Origin: Candidatus Saganbacteria bacterium
Lineage (GTDB): Bacteria > Margulisbacteria > WOR-1 > JAKLHX01
Reading direction: 5' to 3'
Length of the DNA stretch: 32,000 bases
Assembly (NCBI GenBank): GCA_026387835.1
Contig: JAPLKZ010000010.1
Span: 236,379 to 268,378, forward strand
Below are positions 16,563 through 26,020 of the stretch, in pieces. The translations under genes and the position numbers were made by a program. The notes under the pieces are model-generated. The model had not been told where the DNA came from, made no database searches, and saw nothing but the letters and a program-made list of their open reading frames with translations. Numbering within the stretch: the stretch's first letter is position 1; every line of letters starts with the position of its first letter.

Positions 16563-18407
16563 TCAAGCGAAAAGTATGCCCTGGTCTGGCCTGATCTTTT
16601 CTTCGACCGGCTCGGTCTCCTTTTTTATCTCTACAAAGTATTTGTCGAGGTGCTCGCCTTCAAGGGTCTCTTTTTCCCGCAGGTCCTTTGCGATGGCAGT
16701 CAGCTTTTCCCTGTTCTTAATAAGAAGTTTTTTTGCTTTTTCGTGGCAGGCGTTGATTATGCCGTTTATCTCCTTGTCGATGGCGTCAGCGGTCATGTCG
16801 CTGTAGTCTTTCTGCTCCCCGAGGTCCCTTCCCAAAAACACCTGCCTGTTGGGCTTGCCATAAGTCCTTGGGCCGAGGGAGCTCATGCCATATTCGCATA
16901 CCATTTTTCTGACAAGCTCGGTAGCCCGTTCAAGGTCGTTATGGGCTCCCGATGTCATCTCGCTGAAGACCAGTTCTTCCGCGACCCTTCCCCCGAGCAT
17001 GACGATCACCTGCTCCAGCACTTCTTCTTTCGTGATCAGATATTTGTCTTCAAGCGGAAGCTGTAATGTATAACCAAGAGCAAAGCCCCTCGGAAGGATA
17101 GAGATCTTGTGAACGGGGTCCGCGTGAGGCAGCAGTTTTGCAAGGAGCGCGTGGCCTACTTCGTGATGCGCCACGATATCCTTTTCTTTTTCGCTTATGA
17201 CCTTGCTTCTTTTCGCCGGCCCGGCAAGGATCCTGTCTATCGCTTCTTCGGCTTCCGGCATCGTCATCTGTTTTTTATTTCTCCTGGCGGCAAGGATCGC
17301 CGCTTCGTTCAAAAGGTTCTCGAGGTCGGCACCTGTGAATCCTGAAGTCCTTCTCGCAAGGACTTCGAGGTCTACGCTTTTGTCGATTTTTTTGCCTTGC
17401 GCGTGCACTTCCAGTATCGCTTTTCTTCCTTTTATATCCGGCTTGTCAAGGACAACCTGCCTGTCAAACCTGCCTGGCCGCAGAAGCGCGGGGTCCAGGA
17501 TGTCCGGCCTGTTGGTCGCGGCGATCACTATGACATTGATCTTGGGATCGAAGCCGTCCATCTCCACAAGAAGCTGGTTAAGCGTCTGCTCCCTTTCATC
17601 ATGGCCTCCTCCAAGCCCGGCACCCCTGTGGCGGCCTACCGCGTCGATCTCGTCCATGAAGATTATGCAGGGAGAATTCTTCTTTGCCTGGGTGAAAAGG
17701 TCCCTCACCCGGGACGCGCCGACACCGACGAACATCTCAACGAAATCCGAACCTGAGAGCGAGAAGAAAGGGACTTCTGCTTCGCCTGCGATCGCCCTTG
17801 CGAGAAGCGTCTTGCCCGTTCCGGGAGGCCCCATCAGAAGCACCCCTTTGGGTATTTTGGCACCTATTTCCTTGAATTTTTGCGGTGTCTTCAAGAATTC
17901 CACGATCTCTTTCAGCTCTTCTTTTGCCTCTTCGATCCCGGCTACGTCCGCAAATGTGACCTTGATATTTGATTCAAGCGGCTTTGCCCGCGACCTTCCG
18001 AAAGAAAGGGCTGTTGTGTTCGCTGACTGCGCCTGCCGTATCAAAAGCCACCAGAGCGCTGCAAAGAAAAGCAGGGGGAGTATTATCTGGATGACGAAGT
18101 TGAGCAGCCATCCGGACTCCGCGGGCTGCTCGACCCTGATATCGATCTTTTTATTTCGGAGCGTCTGCACAAGATTGGGATAATTGAAGGCCCGCGTCTT
18201 AAAAAGCTTCCCGTCTCCGGTCTTCCCCGAGATGACATCACCGGCTATTGTTATGTCTTTTACCTGGCCGGCATCGACTTTATTGAGGAACTGTGAAAAT
18301 GATATCTCTGACTGCTTTGATATGGAACCGAAAAACGGAGACAGGAGCCCTATCGCGATAAGCGCGATAACACCGTAGATCAAAAAATTTTTCCATGTAT
18401 CTTTCAT
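16563..18407 (-). CDS. ftsH: ATP-dependent zinc metalloprotease FtsH
   Basis: 614 aa. Two TM helices, AAA+ Walker [12 protein letters not shown], Walker [13 protein letters not shown] region [20 protein letters not shown], and zinc motif HEVGHAL. Confidence 0.96.
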   Translation of the reverse strand: MKDTWKNFLIYGVIALIAIGLLSPFFGSISKQSEISFSQFLNKVDAGQVKDITIAGDVISGKTGDGKLFKTRAFNYPNLVQTLRNKKIDIRVEQPAESGWLLNFVIQIILPLLFFAALWWLLIRQAQSANTTALSFGRSRAKPLESNIKVTFADVAGIEEAKEELKEIVEFLKTPQKFKEIGAKIPKGVLLMGPPGTGKTLLARAIAGEAEVPFFSLSGSDFVEMFVGVGASRVRDLFTQAKKNSPCIIFMDEIDAVGRHRGAGLGGGHDEREQTLNQLLVEMDGFDPKINVIVIAATNRPDILDPALLRPGRFDRQVVLDKPDIKGRKAILEVHAQGKKIDKSVDLEVLARRTSGFTGADLENLLNEAAILAARRNKKQMTMPEAEEAIDRILAGPAKRSKVISEKEKDIVAHHEVGHALLAKLLPHADPVHKISILPRGFALGYTLQLPLEDKYLITKEEVLEQVIVMLGGRVAEELVFSEMTSGAHNDLERATELVRKMVCEYGMSSLGPRTYGKPNRQVFLGRDLGEQKDYSDMTADAIDKEINGIINACHEKAKKLLIKNREKLTAIAKDLREKETLEGEHLDKYFVEIKKETEPVEEKIRPDQGILFA

Positions 18408-18428
18408 TGTCTTTATGCTTTAATTATA

Positions 18429-19211
18429 CTATAGCCCGCTTTTCTTTGCTTTCTTCCACAGAGACTCCATCTCGTCGAGGTTCATTTTGCTTAGTTTTAT
18501 CCTGCTCTTCTTCGCATGCCTTTCGATGAACCTGAACCGCCCTGAAAATTTCACGACTGCATCGTGCAGGGCTTCTTCCGCGTTAATTCCCGTTTTCCTT
18601 GAAACGTTCACCACCGCGAATAGAAGATCGCCGATCTCTTCAGCTAATCTCGACTTCAGTGCCTTGGTCTTTGAATCTTTTCTTAACAGTTCTTTTATCT
18701 CTCCCATTTCCTCTCTTACCTTGTCCCAAGCGCCGGCAATTTCATCCCAGTCAAATCCAACGCGTGCAGCCTTTTTCTGGGCTTTTTCGGCCCTGTAAAG
18801 CGCGGGGAGCGCTTTGGGTATGCTGTCAAGGATGGATCTGTACTCGGCCTCATCGCTTTTTATCTCTTCCCAATTTTTCCAGACCTCATCCACGCCGGAC
18901 ACTTTTCTTTTTGCAAAAACATGCGGGTGACGCCTTGTCATTTTTTCGTTGATGCCTTTGATGACATCTTCAACCGAAAACGCTTTCCTTTCTTTGGCGA
19001 TCCGGCTGTGAAGGATTACCTGCAGCAGCAGATCGCCGAGCTCATCGCACAGTTTTTTATCGTCTTTTTTATCGATCGCCTGGAGCATCTCATAGGCTTC
19101 TTCGATGACATAGGGCTTTAATGACCTGTGTGTCTGTTTTTTATCCCACGGGCAGCCGTTTTTGCCGCGCAGCTTATCAATGATTTTTATCAGATCTTTA
19201 AATCTTTTCAT
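18429..19211 (-). CDS. mazG: Nucleoside triphosphate pyrophosphohydrolase MazG (two-domain)
   Basis: LRGKNGCPWDKKQTHRSLKPYVIEEAYE and the E..GDLLLQV / E.IGDLLFAVVN repeats are MazG motifs. ATG 19211 is preferred because a TATAAT element (about 19229-19234, minus strand) lies between it and the ORF-track start at 19250. Confidence 0.85.
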   Translation of the reverse strand: MKRFKDLIKIIDKLRGKNGCPWDKKQTHRSLKPYVIEEAYEMLQAIDKKDDKKLCDELGDLLLQVILHSRIAKERKAFSVEDVIKGINEKMTRRHPHVFAKRKVSGVDEVWKNWEEIKSDEAEYRSILDSIPKALPALYRAEKAQKKAARVGFDWDEIAGAWDKVREEMGEIKELLRKDSKTKALKSRLAEEIGDLLFAVVNVSRKTGINAEEALHDAVVKFSGRFRFIERHAKKSRIKLSKMNLDEMESLWKKAKKSGL

Positions 19212-19294
19212 TTTTTGCTTATAGCTTCCTATATTATACAACGGATGCAAGTTTCGTTTCCTGAGGACCGATATATATAAAGGAGAATAAATAT

Positions 19295-20419
19295 ATGTCC
19301 GACGCTAATCCTATCATGCTGAATAATTATGCCGGCAATATTGTCGCGCCCGCATCTGCCGCAACACGGGCAATAAGGCCTATGGGCATTTCCACTGTCG
19401 AAGACGCTTTGAATATCCTTAATCTGGTAAACACCGGCGGCGAAGTGCTTGATGTCAAATCTCTTGGCAAAGATAACGCCACGCTGATAAGTATCGCCTC
19501 GGAAATAGTCAAAGCCAGGAAAAACGGATCTCCGGTCCAATTCGAGAACGGAAGGATCATGATGTCAAAAGAACTTTTTGGAGCGATCGTCAGATCAGCC
19601 GAGAATACATCTAATGACGCTTCGCAGATGGGCAGATCTAAATTGACCGGCCGGAACGAGAGCTCGGGAGCGGCCCAAAAAAGTTCCGGCGCTGTCTTAA
19701 AGAACTCTTCACAGCAAAATATGCCGATGTTCGCGCCTCCTCCCCCGTATTTTGAAATGAAAAAAAGAAAAGAAAAAACTAACAGTCCTAAAGTTGCCGG
19801 CTCGGCGACTGTCAAAGAAAGGCCCGATGATGATATGGTGCCGATGCTTTCGGCTTCGCAGGCTTATTACATCCTGATAGACATCGTCCCTCCCGGAGGC
19901 GGCAGGTATGTCATGCACTTGAGGGAGAAGTTCGAGTTCCAGCCTGAAGAGAAAAACGAGCTTGAGAAAGGCCTTGAAGAGTTCTGGAGGGACTTTGGCA
20001 ACGACATATCTGTCAATGCAAGGCACACCAGCATCGTCGTAAAACCTAAGATACTGATCGGGAACCTGGTCAATTGTGAAGTATCAAAAAAACTTGTATT
20101 TGTCTATGTGTCGCAATCTACAAAGGAAAAGCTTTCAAGGGGAGCTTTGATCGCTTCATCGGACCGGGTAACAATAAGACCGAGCAAGGGTAACGTCACG
20201 ATCGACCTGAACAACAAAAAGATCCTCGATCTTATCTTTAACATGCAGACAACAATATCCGACAGCGGAAAAATGCCTGTCCGGGAAGATGCCGACGATC
20301 CTTTGCCGCGATCAACATCCGCAACTATACCGGAGCAGTCTGCCGTTATGAACCCGTTCTCCAGCCCGTTCAACAGATCCCGCATAACGGGCAGGCTCAC
20401 AACAGCGTTCAGACACTGA
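19295..20419 (+). CDS. Hypothetical protein, no recognisable domain
   Basis: 374-aa ORF. AAAGGAG lies 9 nt upstream of the ATG. Two ordered-looking regions are separated by a low-complexity S/G/Q/P/K-rich linker (about aa 95-170). The last 11 nt overlap the convergent mfd 3' end. Confidence 0.6.
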   Translation: MSDANPIMLNNYAGNIVAPASAATRAIRPMGISTVEDALNILNLVNTGGEVLDVKSLGKDNATLISIASEIVKARKNGSPVQFENGRIMMSKELFGAIVRSAENTSNDASQMGRSKLTGRNESSGAAQKSSGAVLKNSSQQNMPMFAPPPPYFEMKKRKEKTNSPKVAGSATVKERPDDDMVPMLSASQAYYILIDIVPPGGGRYVMHLREKFEFQPEEKNELEKGLEEFWRDFGNDISVNARHTSIVVKPKILIGNLVNCEVSKKLVFVYVSQSTKEKLSRGALIASSDRVTIRPSKGNVTIDLNNKKILDLIFNMQTTISDSGKMPVREDADDPLPRSTSATIPEQSAVMNPFSSPFNRSRITGRLTTAFRH

Positions 20420-22664
20420 CTTGACTATCCGACTCTTTCACAAATTTTTCTATCCGTGACAATATTTCTTTTTCCGAGGACCCTGCGATGCCGATAAGAC
20501 GTTTTTCGCTCCCCAGTTCGATAATAAGATCATTGTTTTTTTGAGTGATTTTTTTTATCCCTGCGCTTGAAGCGGATATCTTTATCCTGACAATTTCTAA
20601 CATGTTCACTGCTTCTAACGGGAGGTGCCCGAACCTGTCGACAAGCTCGTCTTCGAGGTCTTTTACCTCTTTGAAATTATCTGCAAGGTTCAGCCTTTTG
20701 TAGACGGCTATGCGCTCGACTTCATCCTCGATAAAATGATCCGGGATAAAAGCATTTATTTTTAGATCTACTAAAGTCGTGTGCTTGATCGGCGTTTTTT
20801 CGCCTTTAAAATGCGCTGCGGCCTCTTTTAGCAGATCGCAATAAAGATCGGAGCCTATAGCAAGCATGTGGCCGTGCTGCTGGCTGCCCAGGACATTCCC
20901 GGCACCTCTTATCTCAAGGTCCCTCATAGCGATCCTGTACCCGGAACCCAGGGCGGTAAATGATTTTATTGCCTGAAGCCTTTCCAGGGATCTTTCGGTC
21001 AGGACGCTGGTTTCGCGGTAAAGCAGGTATGCAAAGGCCTTTACGTTTGACCGGCCCACCCTCCCGCGCAGCTGATACAGTGTTGAAAGACCGAATTTAT
21101 CCGGATTTTCGATGATTATCGTGTTGACATTGGGGATGTCCAGCCCCGATTCGATGATCGTCGTTGACAGAAGGACGTCATATTTCCCGTCGACAAAATC
21201 CATCATTATCCGCTCGAGCTCATCCGGCTTCATCCGGCCGTGAGCGACGGCCACGGAGATTGAGGGAAGTATTTTTCCGAGTTTTTTCGCTGTGTCACCG
21301 ATCTTTTCCACGCTGTTAAAAACATAAAAGACCTGGCCGCCCCTTTCTTTTTCCTTTTCGATCGCTTGTTTCACGGTGCTTGCTCTCCAGGGCAGCACGC
21401 AGGTCTCGATCATGGACCTTCCGGGAGGAGGGGTCGTGATCAGGCTCATATCCCAGATGCCTGAAACCGCCATATAAAGGGTCCTTGGAATAGGAGTCGC
21501 CGAAAGGTTTAATACATCGACATTCTTCTTTAATCTTTTTATTTTTTCTTTGTGCGCAACGCCGAACCTCTGCTCCTCATCTATTATCAGAAGCCCCAGG
21601 TCTTTGAATTTAACATCGTTCTGCAGCAGCCGGTGAGTGCCGATGATCACGTCTATTGAGCCGGACTCGGTCTTTTTCAAAAGCTCTTTTTGCTCTGAAT
21701 GGCTTTTGAACCTGGACAGGACCTCCACCGCGAAAGGGAAAGGGGCAAAACGGGCCTGAAACAGCCGGGAATGCTGCTGGGCAAGGATCGTTGTCGGGCA
21801 AAGGAAGCAGACCTGCTTTCCAGAGGAGGCGGCTTTGAACGCTGCTCTTAGGGCAACTTCGGTTTTGCCATAACCCACATCCGCGCACAGCAGGCGGTCC
21901 ATCGGCTTATCGGATTCCATGTCCTTTTTCACCGCTCTGACCGCTTCTGTCTGGTCCGGAGTATCTTCATACGGGAAAGAGCTTTCAAGTTCTGCCTGCC
22001 AGGCATCGTCTGGAGGAAAGCTATGTCCGCTCCCGGACTTTCTTGAAGAATATGTTTCCAGAAGTTCTTTTGTCATGTCACGGATAGACTTTTTCGCCCT
22101 GCGCTTTATAAGCCTCCATTCGCTCCCGCCCAAACTGTTCAATCTTGGAATATGATCGCCCGGCACATTGTATTTTGAAATAAGATTTATTTGCTGGACC
22201 GGTATATATAAACGGTCGTCACCTGCAAATCTTAAATACAGATAATCGGATGAGACGCTGTCGACGGTCTGTTTGTCTATTCCCTCATATATGCCGATGC
22301 CGTAATCCTTGTGTACTACCGCATCGCCTTTCCTGTAATCGGCATAAAACTTTTGCGGAACGGCCTTTTCTGCCTGCACTTTGAACCGTCTTCTTGGTAT
22401 ATGCTCTCCGAAGATCTCCCTGTCCGAAAAAAGGGCTATCCCTTCCTTTGGAAGATGAAAACCCTGAGGTATCTCGCCGTGGACGATCCTGATGCTTTCT
22501 TTTAAAAGCCCGGCATCAATAAAAAGTTCCTTCAAGCGCGAGTCCTGCTTGCTTATGATAAAAGTCTCTTCCCTGCCGGCTTTAAGATCGTCGATGAACG
22601 GTTCGATATTCGGACGCAAACCTGCATTCAAAGTTGAAGGCCCCTTCATTCCTCGGAAAAGCAT
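20409..22664 (-). CDS. mfd: Transcription-repair coupling factor Mfd, C-terminal portion (RNAP-interacting/CarD-like domain, SF2 translocase, TRCF domain)
   Basis: CarD-like GDAVVHKDYGIGIYEG, helicase motif I DVGYGKTEVALRAA, DEEQRFG, SATPIPRTL, QLRGRVGRS, and a C-terminal TRCF-like region. The frame opens only after a TAA at about 22665-22667. Confidence 0.85.
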   Translation of the reverse strand: MLFRGMKGPSTLNAGLRPNIEPFIDDLKAGREETFIISKQDSRLKELFIDAGLLKESIRIVHGEIPQGFHLPKEGIALFSDREIFGEHIPRRRFKVQAEKAVPQKFYADYRKGDAVVHKDYGIGIYEGIDKQTVDSVSSDYLYLRFAGDDRLYIPVQQINLISKYNVPGDHIPRLNSLGGSEWRLIKRRAKKSIRDMTKELLETYSSRKSGSGHSFPPDDAWQAELESSFPYEDTPDQTEAVRAVKKDMESDKPMDRLLCADVGYGKTEVALRAAFKAASSGKQVCFLCPTTILAQQHSRLFQARFAPFPFAVEVLSRFKSHSEQKELLKKTESGSIDVIIGTHRLLQNDVKFKDLGLLIIDEEQRFGVAHKEKIKRLKKNVDVLNLSATPIPRTLYMAVSGIWDMSLITTPPPGRSMIETCVLPWRASTVKQAIEKEKERGGQVFYVFNSVEKIGDTAKKLGKILPSISVAVAHGRMKPDELERIMMDFVDGKYDVLLSTTIIESGLDIPNVNTIIIENPDKFGLSTLYQLRGRVGRSNVKAFAYLLYRETSVLTERSLERLQAIKSFTALGSGYRIAMRDLEIRGAGNVLGSQQHGHMLAIGSDLYCDLLKEAAAHFKGEKTPIKHTTLVDLKINAFIPDHFIEDEVERIAVYKRLNLADNFKEVKDLEDELVDRFGHLPLEAVNMLEIVRIKISASSAGIKKITQKNNDLIIELGSEKRLIGIAGSSEKEILSRIEKFVKESDSQVSV

Positions 22665-23418
22665 TTAATTCGAGGACCGTTTTCCCCGAGGGTTTTTTTA
22701 TCCTGGCATCTGCGCTTCCGGCTTCATCCATAAGTATCACGGTGTCATTTTTCATATTTTTATGGAATTCTTCTTCTTTTTTTTCTCTTACCGGCAGGAT
22801 CTCGATGTTCTCTATCAAGCGTATAGACCTCTGGGTGACCGTGTCAAACTCCCTTATCGAGGCTGCCTTGTCGTCGGAAAATTCTATCCTCACTGCCCGC
22901 CGGTCTTTCAAGAAGACATCGATTATCCCTCCTCTTACCGAGAACTCGCCGCTGTCCTCCACCATAAAGACCCTTTCATATCCTATGCCCGAAAGTTTTT
23001 TGATGAGATATTCGGTATCGATCCTTTCCGCCTTGGATATCCTGACAGTATCATCAAGAAGGCTGTCTTTTTTGTATGTCTTTTTGAACAGCGCGTCCTG
23101 CGTAGTTACGATGATCGACTTCTCGCCTGATAACATTGAAAACAACGCCGCCAGGTTCTCCGGCAAGTCATCGTTGGAAAAAAAATAGACCGGCTGTTTT
23201 CCGTCTTCGGCAAATAATTTTACTTCGCAATATATCTGTTCCGCGATATCCGCATTTTTTGCCGCAAAGACGATGTCATAAGAAGACGTGTTTGAAAAAG
23301 CCGCCAGAAACGCGGCCTTTGCCGTCCCAAAGAGCCCGGAGACCTCGCCGGCCTTTAGAAGACGCTGGATGTCGATCTTTGAGGAGAGAAATTCTGTAAG
23401 TTTAAAAAGGTTCGCCAT
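22582..23418 (-). CDS. mfd: Transcription-repair coupling factor Mfd, N-terminal portion (UvrB-homology module), in a different frame from the C-terminal portion
   Basis: 278 aa. GYERVFMVEDSGEFSVRGGIIDVF...VRIEFSDDKAASIREFDTVTQRS matches the Mfd/UvrB domain 1b-2 signature. It overlaps the 20409-22664 ORF by 83 nt in another frame. Confidence 0.75.
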   Translation of the reverse strand: MANLFKLTEFLSSKIDIQRLLKAGEVSGLFGTAKAAFLAAFSNTSSYDIVFAAKNADIAEQIYCEVKLFAEDGKQPVYFFSNDDLPENLAALFSMLSGEKSIIVTTQDALFKKTYKKDSLLDDTVRISKAERIDTEYLIKKLSGIGYERVFMVEDSGEFSVRGGIIDVFLKDRRAVRIEFSDDKAASIREFDTVTQRSIRLIENIEILPVREKKEEEFHKNMKNDTVILMDEAGSADARIKKPSGKTVLELNAFPRNEGAFNFECRFASEYRTVHRRS

Positions 23419-23421
23419 TTG

Positions 23422-23994
23422 CTAAGCCGCTGGCTTGTTATATTCGTTCATCGAGTGCGAAAGACCTTTGCCGATGATATCCTCGATCGAGCAGGAAGCC
23501 CGCTGCGTAGTTTCTTTAAGTATCTTTGCAAGATGCCTGTTCATCTTTGACAGTACGAAGTCCGCGCCCCTGTTCTTATGCCCCGGTTTGCCGATACCTA
23601 TCCTGATCCTTATAAAGCTGTCGTCATGCAGAGAATCAATAACTGATCTTACCCCGTTATGCCCTGCGCTGCCGCCGCCCTTTTTAATCTTCAGGATCCC
23701 GATATCCAGATCAAACTCGTCGTGCACAACGATGATGCTTCCCGTTTGTATGTCGTTTTTTTTGGCCATCTTGGCCACGGACTCTCCGCTCCTGTTCATA
23801 TATGTCATCGGAAGGCAGGCAATGATGTCTTCTTCGCCAAGCTTGCCTTTTCCGGCCCTTGCCATGAAAGATGAATTTCTCGACAGCTTAATGCCGTTGT
23901 TTTTTGCGAAAGTCTCGACAACCTCGAACCCTACGTTATGCCGAGTATCCTTATAATCATCTCCCGGATTGCCGAGCCCAATTATTAAATACAT
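23422..23994 (-). CDS. pth: Peptidyl-tRNA hydrolase
   Basis: 190 aa. LIIGLGNPG..Y..TRHNVGF, MNRSGESV, VHDE.DL and GHNG are Pth motifs. Confidence 0.93.
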   Translation of the reverse strand: MYLIIGLGNPGDDYKDTRHNVGFEVVETFAKNNGIKLSRNSSFMARAGKGKLGEEDIIACLPMTYMNRSGESVAKMAKKNDIQTGSIIVVHDEFDLDIGILKIKKGGGSAGHNGVRSVIDSLHDDSFIRIRIGIGKPGHKNRGADFVLSKMNRHLAKILKETTQRASCSIEDIIGKGLSHSMNEYNKPAA

Positions 23995-24023
23995 GATTTA
24001 TCTTTCTTGTGTCGAGTGGTTAA

Positions 24024-24032
24024 ATTATAGCA
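24024..24032 (-). promoter_or_regulatory. Extended -10 promoter element (TGCTATAAT) upstream of pth
   Basis: Minus strand reads GGATGCTATAATTTAACC about 30 nt upstream of the pth ATG. Confidence 0.45.
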
Positions 24033-24073
24033 TCCAGCAGGTCGGCATTCAGCAAAAAGACATTAGAAAAGAA

Positions 24074-26020
24074 TCATTCATTATCGAGGTATTTAGTTAA
24101 ATTTTTTGCTTCTATGACGGCTGTTTTCCCGTAACCTTTATTCCAGTCAAGAAGGTAATCGATCTTTTCCGTTCCGAAATCAGTCTTTGACAGGATTTCC
24201 ACGGCTTCCGCTCTTGTCAGGCCTCTTTTCGGCTCGAATCTGATTGAACTATTATCGATCAAACCTTTTTGCTTGGCGGCATCAATGTCATTGGCTGCCC
24301 AGCTTTTTTTAGAAACATCCTTGTAAGGTTTTTCCGTGACTTGCGGAGTATCAAGGCTGTCAAACCTGGAAGCGACCGTCACGCCTTCCATTCTGTTAAT
24401 ATTCTTATCGGGTTTAAAGGTCTTGTCCGGATAACCGACAACAAGGCCCATTTCGTTCGCGGCATCAACATATCTTGTCGCCCAGTCTGATTTATTAAGA
24501 TCTGGAAATATTCTCTTTTCTATAGTTTCCTTAATATCGACCCCGTTTGTCCTGACCAGCAAAGTCGCCAGCTCGGCCCGGCTCAGTATCCTGTTAGGCT
24601 GAAAAGTGCCGTCCGGATAACCTTCGGCAATTCCGGCGGTCGCTGTGTATTCTATGGGTTCTACTGCCCAGAAATCTTCCGTGACATCACTGAATGTCGC
24701 AAGCCTGATTATCCTGATCCTTTTTGATTCGAGGAGTACTCCGTTCTTGTCGTAACCTTCGACTACCACCAGTCTCTTTCCTGCTTTTTCAAGAGGGACT
24801 TTTGTCCTGAAAGTCTTGCTGCCGTCGACCGTGTCGAATGGGACAGGGATACCGTTCACCTGGATCTGATCGATGATCGGATGCACGATACCGGAAACTT
24901 TTACATAGTCCCTTCTTGTTATCAGTTTGTCCCTGGGTTTGATTATAGTTATATATTCGCGGTTTTTCTCCTCTTTTGGATCGTCCCCGACAAATGATAT
25001 CGAGAAGTAATGCGTCGCGTTCTCCTGTATGCCGCTGTACGGGTGATACGCATAATCAAACTCTATCCCTTTTAGCCTGAGGCCGATACCGTAAGTCAGA
25101 TTTCTGCCTTCGGTTATCCCGACGGTTCCCGGGACAGGATCCTGGTCGAGTCCCATCCTTATGGCAAGTATATCTATAGGCCAAAGTTCAGCTCCAAATC
25201 TCATCACGGCAGGTTTGCCGGACTGCAGGTAAAGATCGCTGTCCGCGGCAAGGTTGAGCCTGACCGGCGAAGCGATCAAAGCTTTTCCCTGTCGGCCCAA
25301 AAGGTTGACCTTTGTCCCGATCTTTGTGGTTGACGGAATGCCTTCTTCAATACCGCTTTTATAAGTAATGGCTCCGCCCATGTTCGCCGGAAGGATGTTC
25401 TGCTGGTTCAATCCGAAAGAAAGCCAAGAATTCGGAGTGTAAAGGATGCCGAGATCAAGGTCCACTCCCCTGCCGTTACCGGAAGAAGCATCGTCTGTTC
25501 CCGAAGCGGTCTGGTCAAAGTATTTAAGATTAGCACCGAGATATATGTTCTTTCCGTAATCGGCGGATATCACTTCCAGAGGAAATCCGTAAGATAAGAA
25601 CAGGACGTTGTTTGAATACCCTCCGATAGAAGTCGGGGTCGGATAATGTGTGGACGAAGCCGCATTGCTTCCGAGCACCCATATATTGTCCACCCGTGAG
25701 CCGACATAACCAAGCCCTATAGAACCAACCTCAAGAGGATATGTTCCGCCCAGTACCGCATAACTTACGTCACCCATAAGGCTTGAATACATGCTTGTGA
25801 GTTTTGGAGTTTTCATCCTTCCGAGCCCGGCAGGGTTCATGAAGATGGATTCGGCATCTTCCGCGATCGCCACATATGTTTTCCCCATTCCGAGCGACCT
25901 TGCGCCGACGCCTACATATGACGGGTCAATAGCAGAATAAGTCGCCGCAAAAAGCATTGCCTGCGACAGGATCGCTGTCACAATAATTATGTATGATATA
26001 TATTTAATCAGTCTTTTCAT
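24074..26020 (-). CDS. Outer-membrane beta-barrel protein (PorV/FadL-like N-terminal signature) fused to an Ig-like domain and three C-terminal SLH domains
   Basis: Signal peptide MKRLIKYISYIIIVTAILSQAMLFA. GARSLGMGKTYVAIAEDAESIFMNPAGLG resembles the N-terminal signature of FadL/PorV-type barrels. Alternating beta-strand pattern runs to ...THYFSISF (about aa 350). Three SLH repeats follow: FSDVTEDFWAVEPIEY..GYPDGTFQP, FPDLNKSDWATRYVDAA..GYPDKTFKP, YKDVSKKSWAANDIDAA. ATG 26020 overlaps the upstream stop (ATGA). Confidence 0.7.
   Translation of the reverse strand: MKRLIKYISYIIIVTAILSQAMLFAATYSAIDPSYVGVGARSLGMGKTYVAIAEDAESIFMNPAGLGRMKTPKLTSMYSSLMGDVSYAVLGGTYPLEVGSIGLGYVGSRVDNIWVLGSNAASSTHYPTPTSIGGYSNNVLFLSYGFPLEVISADYGKNIYLGANLKYFDQTASGTDDASSGNGRGVDLDLGILYTPNSWLSFGLNQQNILPANMGGAITYKSGIEEGIPSTTKIGTKVNLLGRQGKALIASPVRLNLAADSDLYLQSGKPAVMRFGAELWPIDILAIRMGLDQDPVPGTVGITEGRNLTYGIGLRLKGIEFDYAYHPYSGIQENATHYFSISFVGDDPKEEKNREYITIIKPRDKLITRRDYVKVSGIVHPIIDQIQVNGIPVPFDTVDGSKTFRTKVPLEKAGKRLVVVEGYDKNGVLLESKRIRIIRLATFSDVTEDFWAVEPIEYTATAGIAEGYPDGTFQPNRILSRAELATLLVRTNGVDIKETIEKRIFPDLNKSDWATRYVDAANEMGLVVGYPDKTFKPDKNINRMEGVTVASRFDSLDTPQVTEKPYKDVSKKSWAANDIDAAKQKGLIDNSSIRFEPKRGLTRAEAVEILSKTDFGTEKIDYLLDWNKGYGKTAVIEAKNLTKYLDNE

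Noticed and set aside
17197-18183. 328-aa plus-strand ORF
   Set aside because: It is antisense to ftsH. The S/A/L-rich translation has no motifs, whereas ftsH has a full set of AAA+ and zinc-protease motifs.
19229-19540. 103-aa minus-strand ORF, and the longer mazG start at 19250
   Set aside because: The ORF overlaps the well-supported 19295-20419 gene on the opposite strand. The longer mazG start lies upstream of a TATAAT element and adds a non-conserved leader.
22634-23956. Plus-strand ORFs 22634-23188, 22762-23130, 23136-23399 and 23435-23956
   Set aside because: They are antisense to the mfd N-terminal part and to pth, and none has a supporting motif.
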